A stretch of DNA of 64,000 nucleotides from Nitrospirota bacterium (GTDB lineage: Bacteria > Nitrospirota > Nitrospiria > Nitrospirales > Nitrospiraceae): the NCBI GenBank assembly GCA_963703955.1, contig CAVPGK010000010.1, positions 237,969 through 301,968 of the forward strand. Reading direction: 5' to 3'. The notes below the pieces were generated by a model. The model did no database searches, was not told the DNA's origin, and saw nothing but the letters and a program-made list of their open reading frames with translations. Below, in pieces: positions 1-9,021 of the stretch; the stretch's first letter is position 1; every line of letters starts with the position of its first letter. Both the position numbers and the translations under genes were made by a program.

Positions 1-2301
1 CTTTTTCGGCTCATGATATCACGGCCGGCTCAGAGAACGAACTGCAGGCCGCAGTTGCGGGTCATACCGACCATGTCGACCTCCCCATCGTTATCGAATC
101 CTCGAACTACATGAAGAATATTCTAAGACGCGCTGCGACCGGCGAAAGCCCTAAGCAGCTCATCGCCAACCTTGAAGCTTATCTGCGTTCCCATGCGTCG
201 AATGTGTGGGAAAACTCCTGGGTCCGGTTACCTGTTTCAACACTGACGCCTTTTGCACTCAATCTCTTGCGCCGTGACATGACCGAGGATAAACGCGACG
301 CCTGTGGCGCTCCACGCAAAGACGTATCGCGGTTTTTTTTCCCAACAAAGGCAAGATTGGCTGCGAGTGCCAGTCAGCTACCTGCTGAAACTCGCCCTGG
401 CGCAGGCCATTAGCGATGAGGGTGCGGCTCACCCGCTCCTCATGAAGGCGGGCGAGCGCTTCTTGGCGCACTTCCTCAATGATAATAGCTCGCCGGAAAC
501 GTTTTCCTTCTACGTCATACCTTTGACTCCTGAGACCGGCATGGGGCGGGCTGTTGCGAAAGAAATGGCGCAGCGGTTCTTGCTGACTCAGCTTCTTGTT
601 ATGTACGCGAACGTCCGTTTCGGGTTGAAGGATTCCGGCCAGCGCGCTCTGATCTATTTCGCGCCACATCCACCAATTCGACAGAAGGAGCTCAATTCGC
701 TGATTTCCGACTCCTTCTATCGGGAGCTGTTCATGAACCCATGCTTGTCAGGGTGGGATCGTGGTGAGGACAAGTTCCGCTACATGCACCTCTGCCATCA
801 GATGCTGTCCCGGAGCCAGCTCAACGCCGTGATCAAGCTCAGAGATGCCGGTATCATCACGCGAAATCTGGTTGTACTTCCGTCTACGTCCAATACCAGT
901 TTGGCCAACAACGGCACGCACCTGAGCTTGGGCAGCCGAACGCTGACGAGGCTACTGCAAGACTGCTCGCCCGCCTTCACTGAGCAACATGAGAAATATG
1001 TGGGCGATCTCGTCATCAAGATCGCAGAGCATTTCTTTCCTCTCTTTGTCGGGACCTATAGCGCGGCACCGTATCGGCTGGATTTCTGGGATTTCCATCC
1101 AGAAAAAGCGCTCGGGTTTCTTCCTCATGAGCTGGAGGACACACATCTACGGATGCTCTGGCGTCGGTGGAAAAAGAAGGCCGGTCTCAGTGTCTTCGGA
1201 CATCCGATCACGCCGCTGGGCCCGCTTTGGCTGGATAAGGCCACGAGTGCCATCTTTCGGTTGAAAGGCGATTTTGTTCCGGACTTTCGCTTGATCGATT
1301 ATCTGGTGGCGTTGCTGAGCACAAGTGAAAGCCCCGCGCACGACGGTAGGCTTGGGAACGATCAGCGGTTGAAGCGCGACCTCGCCCAGCTCGGCGTCTT
1401 CGACGAATCAATGTCGCTGTACCTCCTCTACAAGCTTCGCAGCTATGCAGCCATGGGTTTTTCGGGATTCGAGGGCCGCCAATACAGTCTCTTTGAGAGC
1501 CTGGTCGACGATATGGGGGATGCTGCGAGTTTGCAGGCTCTCGTGACCGCGCTCGCCTTCAAATATGTCGTAGAAGGAATTATCCGACACACGGATATTC
1601 CCGATGATCCTCTCACGGAGAGCGAACGCCGGCAGATGATATTCGGGACTGCGATCGGAATCCCGACCTGCAATGTGCGACATAACAGCCCTAATTCATT
1701 CCTGATGAAAATTCTCTCGAAGACTCAGAAGACGCGGCTGAGCCGGCGGTACGCCGATCACCTGCGTGTCCGACTGTCTGATTATCAATGGGCCCTTTTA
1801 GTCACACTCGAGGAAGATGGGGTGGACATCATCGAGCAATTCGGCCTGCGGGAGGTTATCAATCGGCTGAGAGAACGGCTTCTGAATTCCGAGCACCACG
1901 GGGTGGCCGGGAAATTGACCGCTGGCATTTTGAGGGAAGCCGGAGCGCGCTCAGCGATGAGCCTATCAGGGGACGAATTCAACGTCGCAGCCGAATCCTA
2001 TTATCGGGAAACGTTACGTCTGCGTCACCTCATCGAAGCGTTTGAAGTCCTCGAAAACGGTGTCGGCCAAATTGATACGGCGAAGAGCAGTACTGACGAA
2101 CAGTACCGCCGAGCGATGACGACCGTGCTTGGACCGAAGAGCGGCACCCAGTTTCTTCAAGAGGCCAAGGAAGAGCTCATCCGGGAGGACGCAGACTCCC
2201 GCACATTGCAGCTATGCATCTACCTAACGTTGCTCATCATCTGCCGAGATCGGGAAATCGCCGTGGCGGCGATGGCAGAGGCAGAGCGGGACTCGACGTG
2301 A
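1..2301 (+). CDS. Large conserved hypothetical protein (>760 aa, 5' end outside window), putative carboxylate-amine ligase of the GCS/GS-like fold; one frameshift at the poly-T run 333-340
   Basis: The frame starting at nt 3 is open (FSAHDITAGSENELQAAV...) and continues through ORF 111..413. It joins ORF 304..2301 if one T is removed from the T8 run. Motifs GSENE, NNGTHLSLG and FEGR are present; the fold call is inference. Confidence 0.7.
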
Positions 2302-3335
2302 AGCATCAATATGTTGACCGGGAAACCTCCACCGTCCATACCGAACGGCTGTACGGAGACCGGTTTCTCACGTGGGCCTATCAGACTCCATGGGAAGACG
2401 CCGCGTGGTTTTGCAAGGCGTTGACGTCTTCCCGAACTTCCCAAATGTTGAGCTTCTTCAACTATGACGTCGAGTTCGTGGCCGCGTTAGCCGGGGTCCA
2501 TCGTTTTATCAAGTCTCTCGGAGTGGATCCTACCGAATGTCTAGAGGCCCCCGGGACGCTTAATACTCCTCGAAAGGTGTTCGAACGCAAATTGCGTTAT
2601 TGGGAAGTTCGCCCGATGGATGAGGAGAGAGCGGCCATTGTCTCTCCATGTGATGCCCGGATGCTGGTCGGTTCGTTTGCCAAAACCTCGGCGCTCTTCC
2701 TGAAAGGAAAATTCTTCGAATTGAAAGAACTCTTTGGAATGGAACGTTCTACATGGTGGGCCGACTTTGAGGCTGGCGACTTCGCGATCTTCAGACTCAC
2801 GCCCGACAAGTACCACTATAATCATCTTCCGGTTGGCGGTGTGGTCGTCGACAGGTTCGATATCCATGGCAGGTATCACTCGTGTAATCCTTCTGCCGTA
2901 GTCGTCGCATCGCCATATTCAAAGAATACGCGCGTGGTGACGATTTTGGACACTGATGTCGCAGGCGGCAGCCAGGTAGGACTGGTCGCCATGATCGAGG
3001 TTGTTGCGCTCATGATCGGCCGAATTGACCAATGCTACTGTGAATCCCGATACGACCATCCGCGCAACATTTCAAAGGGAATGTTGCTTCGCAAAGGCCA
3101 ACCGAAGAGCTTGTACCGACCCGGCAGCTCCACAACAGTCGTTGTGTTCCAGGCGGGACGGGTGTGCTTCTGTGAAGATATTGTCTGCAATCTGTCGCGC
3201 CCGTGCGTCGCCAGCCGCTTCTCGGAAGGATTCGGACGTCCGTTGGTCGAAACAGATGTAAAGGTCCGCTCAACGATTGCGTACCGGCGACAAGATCCAA
3301 CCCGGCATTCTTTGGGGGTCGCCTATGGTGAATGA
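2298..3335 (+). CDS. psd: Phosphatidylserine decarboxylase family protein
   Basis: Contains SPCDAR, RLTPDKYHYNH and the GSST self-cleavage motif. The GTG start at 2298 overlaps the upstream stop (GTGA). Confidence 0.85.
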   Translation: MKHQYVDRETSTVHTERLYGDRFLTWAYQTPWEDAAWFCKALTSSRTSQMLSFFNYDVEFVAALAGVHRFIKSLGVDPTECLEAPGTLNTPRKVFERKLRYWEVRPMDEERAAIVSPCDARMLVGSFAKTSALFLKGKFFELKELFGMERSTWWADFEAGDFAIFRLTPDKYHYNHLPVGGVVVDRFDIHGRYHSCNPSAVVVASPYSKNTRVVTILDTDVAGGSQVGLVAMIEVVALMIGRIDQCYCESRYDHPRNISKGMLLRKGQPKSLYRPGSSTTVVVFQAGRVCFCEDIVCNLSRPCVASRFSEGFGRPLVETDVKVRSTIAYRRQDPTRHSLGVAYGE

Positions 3336-4377
3336 AGTGTTTCTTCTGAGCCTTGTGATTTGCTACGCCATACTGTTTTCTTGGGCGTTTCGAACGCTGC
3401 CACAAGAGGATTGGCAATTTCTCGCCTCCCTCCCGAAGCGCAAGACTAACCTCGGAACCTGGAGCGGCCTCAATCTCACATACTATGGTTTCTTGACCGC
3501 CATGGCGGTGACGATCGCTGTCGCGTTGGCTATTGTGCTCATGGGTTCACTCTCTTTGCCGCTGATCAGCATCACAGTGCTTGTCGTTGCGCTCCTCGCC
3601 CTAACGGTTCCCGCCGCCAAACTGATTGCCCAGGCGATTGAGGACAAGATGAATACGTTTACGATCGGCGGCGCATCCTTTGTCGGGCTTATCGCGGCAC
3701 CGTGGGTGATCACACTGATCAATTCCACCCTTGCACCCCGGATGGGATTCGAATTGCCGATGTTCGGGACACTGGCTCTCCTCGCGGTCGCATACGCGTT
3801 GGGTGAAGGAACCGGACGTCTCGCTTGCATCAGTTTTGGGTGCTGCTACGGCAAACCCGTCTCGGTCGTCCCGGCATGGTGGGGCTATTTCTTTCGCTTT
3901 CGCTATTTCGCCTTCATCGGGCAGACCAAGAAGGTCGCGTACGAAGGCGGTCTGGAATCCGTTCCTGTCATCCCAGTCCAAGCCATAACAGCCGTCCTCT
4001 ACGTGGGAAGCGGGCTGCTGGGCCTAGCCCTGTTTCTCGGGGGACAGGCTCTGGCGGCCTTCATGATCACAGTCCTTATCACACAGGCGTGGCGAGCCCT
4101 TTCCGAATTGCTGCGGGCAGATTATCGCGGGCGGAGCGGGCTTTCGGCCTATCAAACCATGGCAGTGATCGGGTGCTTCTACGCGCTGATCCTTATCGTC
4201 CTGTTACCCAATGAACCAAGGAGACTCCCTGATATTGTCAGAGGTCTGACATTGCTTTGGCACCCCGCCGTCATACTGTTCCTTCAAGCCTTATGGCTGA
4301 TGATCTTCCTCTACACAGGGCGTAGCAGAGTCACTGCCTCAACAATCTCCTTTTCCATCCTTAAAGATCGTATTTGA
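3325..4377 (+). CDS. Prolipoprotein diacylglyceryl transferase (Lgt) family membrane protein, divergent
   Basis: Multi-TM protein with GRLACISFGCCYG, PVQ and WRALSELLRAD motifs resembling Lgt signatures. Overlaps the psd stop. Confidence 0.75.
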   Translation: MVNEVFLLSLVICYAILFSWAFRTLPQEDWQFLASLPKRKTNLGTWSGLNLTYYGFLTAMAVTIAVALAIVLMGSLSLPLISITVLVVALLALTVPAAKLIAQAIEDKMNTFTIGGASFVGLIAAPWVITLINSTLAPRMGFELPMFGTLALLAVAYALGEGTGRLACISFGCCYGKPVSVVPAWWGYFFRFRYFAFIGQTKKVAYEGGLESVPVIPVQAITAVLYVGSGLLGLALFLGGQALAAFMITVLITQAWRALSELLRADYRGRSGLSAYQTMAVIGCFYALILIVLLPNEPRRLPDIVRGLTLLWHPAVILFLQALWLMIFLYTGRSRVTASTISFSILKDRI

Positions 4378-4378
4378 G

Positions 4379-5143
4379 ATGATGTTCTGGTATGCGATCT
4401 CCGCCTTGGCTATCGCTGCGGGATTTGCTTCTCTCAGCCCCACTCCGGCCGTAGCTTTGAATAATCATGACTCTATTCCGGCGACCTACCCTCAATCGCT
4501 GGAGCGGGATCTCAAGATCTTGCTTGATGCCGCCCGCTCCGGTCGACAGGATAGCGATCTGTTGGCGAGGCTTGCAGAGGTCTATCTCGATCTCGGGGAT
4601 GACCTGTATGACGACGAAAAAAAACGGCATCATGCCTATGAGGAGGGAAGCCGTGCCGCTCGTCGCGCGCTTGAAATTGACGACAGGAACGCAGATGCGC
4701 ATTTTCTCTTCGCGGCAAACTTGGGAAGCGCGACACGCTTGAAAGGTCTGCCCTCTGCCGCCTGGACCCTGAAGGACATCAAGAACCACCTCGAACGAGC
4801 CATCGAATTAAGACCTGATCACGCCCCCGCGCTACAGATGATGGGAGGACTGTTGGCCGAACTTCCGTGGCTGGTCGGCGGTGATTCGCGGGCGGCTCAG
4901 CGCTATCTTGAACGGGCGATCGCCGTCGATGCGAACTACACCAATGCGCGCCTTCTGCTGGCCAAACTGTATGTCAAGCAGAACAGGCTCGACGAGGCGC
5001 GTCAGGAGCTCGAGGCAGTCATTCGCACCGCCGATCCTCACTACCGTTACGCGTGGGCAAACAAATTCAAACCCGAAGCGGAACGGCTTCTGAAAACCCT
5101 ACAGGAAAAATCAGACAGAGAACGAAGAAGACGGCCCGGCTGA
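4379..5143 (+). CDS. Secreted tetratricopeptide-repeat protein (TatT-like)
   Basis: N-terminal signal peptide and TPR-like helices (ALEIDDRNADAHF, AIELRPDHAPAL, AIAVDANYTNARLLLA). Starts 1 nt after the upstream stop. Confidence 0.75.
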   Translation: MMFWYAISALAIAAGFASLSPTPAVALNNHDSIPATYPQSLERDLKILLDAARSGRQDSDLLARLAEVYLDLGDDLYDDEKKRHHAYEEGSRAARRALEIDDRNADAHFLFAANLGSATRLKGLPSAAWTLKDIKNHLERAIELRPDHAPALQMMGGLLAELPWLVGGDSRAAQRYLERAIAVDANYTNARLLLAKLYVKQNRLDEARQELEAVIRTADPHYRYAWANKFKPEAERLLKTLQEKSDRERRRRPG

Positions 5144-5265
5144 TCGGTGGTTGCCCCAGCTCCGACTATCTGTCGGTGTTCCAATCCTGAGTTAACACGA
5201 AATTCAACCCAATGGTTTCGTCGATAGGATTGTAGCGAAACCGCCGTCGATCAGATGAGAGTGAT

Positions 5266-5907
5266 TCAACCTGAATCCTTGCCCCGCACCAGCGCCTGCG
5301 CTGCTTTGAATGCGGCCTCCATGTCCGGGAGTTGGGCCAACTCGGGTGTCACCTGCATGTACTGAATCACGTTATTCTTGTCCACGACCAGGACCGACCG
5401 GGCAAGGATGTGCGGATCTTTGACGAGCAATCCGTAGGTTTTTCCGAAATCTCCGCCACGATAGTCCGACAAAAACGTGACGTTGTTGATTTTGGCTTCC
5501 TCGGCGAACCGTTTTTGCGCAAACGGCGTATCGACGCTCAGAGTAATCAGCTCGACGTTCTTGTCCAGACCATTGTTCTTCTCGCTCAGATAATGGGTCT
5601 GCTGCTCGCAGACCTTCGTGTCGAGCGAGGGGACGAGGCTGATGATCCTGACCTTGCCTTTGGTGTCCGCAATATTCAATAGCGAGAGATCGTTCTTGGC
5701 GACCTTGACGTCACGGAGAGTGTCTCCCACTGTGATGCCCGGGCCTTCCAGGGCCAGCGGGGCGCCTTTAAACGTGACCGTATGTCCCTCGCCGGCCATC
5801 GCGCTTTCGCTGGCGACAGGAAGGTTCTTATACGTGAAGCCGCATCCCGCCGAGCCAGTCAGGATCATAGAGACGACGAAGATGGAAAATAGACACGATC
5901 GTGCCAT
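5266..5907 (-). CDS. tpx: Thiol peroxidase (Tpx family) with lipoprotein-like signal peptide
   Basis: VTFKG, VPSLDTKVC, SVDTPFAQKRF and LSDYR motifs; SAGC lipobox-like sequence; AAGGAGG RBS. Confidence 0.9.
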   Translation of the reverse strand: MARSCLFSIFVVSMILTGSAGCGFTYKNLPVASESAMAGEGHTVTFKGAPLALEGPGITVGDTLRDVKVAKNDLSLLNIADTKGKVRIISLVPSLDTKVCEQQTHYLSEKNNGLDKNVELITLSVDTPFAQKRFAEEAKINNVTFLSDYRGGDFGKTYGLLVKDPHILARSVLVVDKNNVIQYMQVTPELAQLPDMEAAFKAAQALVRGKDSG

Positions 5908-5984
5908 GGTTCCTCCTTACCGATGAAGGTTTTGTCTCGAGCGTGTCTGTCTCTATACCGCGTGTCATGGGGGACGTGAGAGTG

Positions 5985-6929
5985 TCAAGGCGCTAAGAAC
6001 TTCATCAGAAGCGGATTGACCAGGTCCGGCCGTTCCCACATGGGGATGTGCCCGGCCTCCGGAATCAATTCGAGCATCGCGTTCGGAACGGTGGAGGCGA
6101 GGTCTCGACCGACCTGCGGAGGAAAGACCTTGTCCCGCGCTCCCCAGACAATCATAGCCGGGTGGCGAATCTGTCCGAGCCGGGTGGCGAATCCCGTCTC
6201 CCATTCCGGGAGGTGTGTGAGGAGGTCGAGCAACGGGCCAATCATGCCAGATCGCTTGCGGTTGCGATAGGAGCGTTCAACGACGGTCGGAGTCAGCAAG
6301 CCGGGATCGTGCACCATTTCGGTGAGCACCGTCCGCGTGACGCCAAGGCCGGTGAACCGGTTCCCAAATTTGATGAGCCAAGCAGGCGCCCAGGTGTCAA
6401 TGGCCCGCTGCATAAGCGGACTCGTCAATTTTTCTCTCACGTGATCCGGAAATCCGCCGATCAGGACGACCCGGTCCACTCGCTCCGGGTGGGTGAGCGC
6501 CATGCCGATGACCACTCCGGCTCCCATGGAGTTGCCGACCAGCGACGCACGTGGAATATTCAGGGCGTCCATGAATCCGCGGAAGGACTCCACGAGGCGC
6601 GCTGGTGTGTAAGCAATGTCCGGCTTGTCGGAGAATCCCGATCCCAGCAAATCCAGCGTGACGATCCGGTGACCAGCGGACAGCGACCCCTGCTGGTGCT
6701 CCCATTGCCAGAGCGCGCCCCCGAACCCATGGATCAGAATCACAGGGGGACCTGTGCCTTCATCCAGATATGCCAGGCGGTGTCCTTCGACCAGCGCGGT
6801 CTTCACCGGCATGCGGTGAACGGCATCGAACCACTGCGGGATACCGGAATGGGCAGAGCACGCGGTCAGGAAGAGCGGTATGATCATGAAGAAGGCGGTC
6901 GGCCATGCGAGCGACGGGTCCCGCCGCAT
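5985..6929 (-). CDS. Alpha/beta hydrolase, probable lipoprotein
   Basis: HGFGG, GNSMG nucleophile elbow, WGARD and GHIP motifs; LTAC lipobox. Confidence 0.9.
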   Translation of the reverse strand: MRRDPSLAWPTAFFMIIPLFLTACSAHSGIPQWFDAVHRMPVKTALVEGHRLAYLDEGTGPPVILIHGFGGALWQWEHQQGSLSAGHRIVTLDLLGSGFSDKPDIAYTPARLVESFRGFMDALNIPRASLVGNSMGAGVVIGMALTHPERVDRVVLIGGFPDHVREKLTSPLMQRAIDTWAPAWLIKFGNRFTGLGVTRTVLTEMVHDPGLLTPTVVERSYRNRKRSGMIGPLLDLLTHLPEWETGFATRLGQIRHPAMIVWGARDKVFPPQVGRDLASTVPNAMLELIPEAGHIPMWERPDLVNPLLMKFLAP

Positions 6930-6931
6930 GG

Positions 6932-8905
6932 CTACTCCAATTGGATCAATGTCTCGTCCGTCTTTACGTCGTCGCCGTCTTTGACGTAGAGGGCGGCCAC
7001 GGTCCCGTCAACCGGAGCTGGGACCCGACTTTCCATCTTCATCGCTTCAATGATCAAGACGGGTTGGCCCTGTTCGACTCTGTCGCCCTTCGAGACGAGC
7101 ACTTTGACCACTCGGCCGGGCATGGGAGAGGCGATATCGCCGGGCTTCGTGGGCCGAGGACGTTTCGGCGTGGCCGGCGAACCAGACTCGGGCGCTTCCG
7201 GCACTCCGGCCAATACCTCTTGGAGCGGTTCCAGATAGACTTCTTCCAGCTTCTCGTTGACGCGAATGTAATACGGCTTGCGTCCCTCTTTCTTGCGGCC
7301 GGCCCCCGACACTCGGATGTGGTAGGACTCCCCGTGCAGCGTGAGGTTGAACTCGACCGGCGCGAGGTGGAGTTCGTGGGCTACGACCGGGCCTTTCTCC
7401 GGCGGAGGCTCCAGGGCTTCGGGCTTCAGCTCCCCGCGCTCCCGCTGGTCGAAGAATTCGCGGCTGACGGCGGGGAACAGCGCGAACGACAGCACATCCT
7501 CGATCGATGTGGCTTTCTCGCCGAGTTCGGCCTTGACTGCATCCAGTTCCGGTTCCAATCGATCGGCCGGTCGGCCCTTCACCGGGTCTTCATCGCCGAT
7601 GGCACGGCGTAGGACGTCGGGGTTGAGCGGACCGGGTGGCCGTCCATAGAGCCCAAGGAAGTAGTTCTTCGTCTCATTCGTGATCACCTTGTATCGCTCG
7701 CCGGTCAAGATGTTGAGCGTCGCTTGGGTGCCGACAATTTGGCTGCTCGGGGTGACCAACGGAGGGTACCCCATATCCTTGCGGACGCGCGGGACTTCCT
7801 CCAACACGTCTCGCATCTTGTCCAGCGCGTTCTGTTCAACCAACTGCGCGGCGAGATTGGACAGCATGCCGCCCGGAATCTGGGAGGAGAGAATCTCCGC
7901 ATCAACGCCGGTGAAATCGCTTTCAAACTGATGGTACTTTTTTCGAACGGACCGAAAGTGCTCGGCGATCGGCACGAACCGCGGCAGTTCCAAGCCGGTG
8001 TCGTACGGGGTATTTCGCAAGGCGGCGACCAACGTTTCGGTCGGCGGATGGGACGTGCCGCCTGCCAAGGGTGAGATGGCCGTGTCCAACATGTCCAATC
8101 CGCCGAGCACGGCCATGAGGGCGGACATGGAGGCCATCCCGGAGGTGTAGTGCGAATGGAGATGGATCGGGACCCGCACCGCCGCCTTCAGTCGTTTCAC
8201 GAGTTGGAACGCATCGAATGGTGCCAGAAGGCCCGCCATGTCTTTGATACAGATCGTGTCGCTGCCGAGGTCTTCCAGTCGCCTCGCCTGCTCGACAAAT
8301 CGATTGAGGCTGTGGACCGGGCTGACCGTGTAGCAGATCGACCCTTCAAGGTGTTTACCGCAGGCTTTGACAGCCCGCATGGCCTGTTCCATGTTCCGGA
8401 TGTCATTCAAGGCGTCGAAGACACGGAACACATCGATCCCGTTGGCCGCCGACCGTTCGATGAATCGCTCGAGCACATCGTCGGCGTAGTGCCGATAGCC
8501 GACGACGTTCTGGCCGCGCAAGAGCATCTGCATCCGGGTGTTCGGCATCGCAGCGCGGAGGGCGCGGAGTCGTTCCCAGGGGTCCTCTTTGAGGAAGCGC
8601 AGGCAGGTGTCGAACGTCGCGCCGCCCCAGACTTCCAGTGACCAGTAGCCTACGGAGTCGAGTTTCTCGGCGATGGGCAACATGTCCTCAGTCCGCATCC
8701 GCGTGGCCAGCAGCGACTGGTGGCCGTCGCGAAGAACGACATCCGTGATCAACAACTTCTTGGCCGGCGCAGGGCTGAGGTCAAACGCGTCTCGGCGTTG
8801 CGGGGATCGGCTCCGTGATGAATGGAGTGGCGTTCTGGTGGGTTGCCCGGATAGATGGCTCCGAGGGCTCCGGGTGACTTTTTTCTTTTGTATCGGTCTA
8901 GCCAT
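6932..8905 (-). CDS. pycB: Pyruvate carboxylase subunit B (carboxyltransferase plus biotinyl domain)
   Basis: RDGHQSLLATRMRT, WGGATFD, CIKDMAG, HLHSH and the EAMKM biotin site; adjacent to a biotin carboxylase gene. Confidence 0.88.
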   Translation of the reverse strand: MARPIQKKKVTRSPRSHLSGQPTRTPLHSSRSRSPQRRDAFDLSPAPAKKLLITDVVLRDGHQSLLATRMRTEDMLPIAEKLDSVGYWSLEVWGGATFDTCLRFLKEDPWERLRALRAAMPNTRMQMLLRGQNVVGYRHYADDVLERFIERSAANGIDVFRVFDALNDIRNMEQAMRAVKACGKHLEGSICYTVSPVHSLNRFVEQARRLEDLGSDTICIKDMAGLLAPFDAFQLVKRLKAAVRVPIHLHSHYTSGMASMSALMAVLGGLDMLDTAISPLAGGTSHPPTETLVAALRNTPYDTGLELPRFVPIAEHFRSVRKKYHQFESDFTGVDAEILSSQIPGGMLSNLAAQLVEQNALDKMRDVLEEVPRVRKDMGYPPLVTPSSQIVGTQATLNILTGERYKVITNETKNYFLGLYGRPPGPLNPDVLRRAIGDEDPVKGRPADRLEPELDAVKAELGEKATSIEDVLSFALFPAVSREFFDQRERGELKPEALEPPPEKGPVVAHELHLAPVEFNLTLHGESYHIRVSGAGRKKEGRKPYYIRVNEKLEEVYLEPLQEVLAGVPEAPESGSPATPKRPRPTKPGDIASPMPGRVVKVLVSKGDRVEQGQPVLIIEAMKMESRVPAPVDGTVAALYVKDGDDVKTDETLIQLE

Positions 8906-8932
8906 GTCTGACGTCTTGTCTCAGTTGTATTC

Positions 8933-9020
8933 CAGGATCCTCAACTGCTCTCCAACGAGGCCCGAGGGTGAGGCATCCAATTGAAGTACGTTGAAGTTAA
9001 GGACCATTCTCAGCATCCTG
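8933..9020. repeat. Short inverted-repeat (MITE/REP-like) element between pycA and pycB
   Basis: Ends CAGGATCCTCAA... and ...CTCAGCATCCTG resemble the termini of the element at 24513-24682. Confidence 0.5.
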
Positions 9021-9021
9021 T

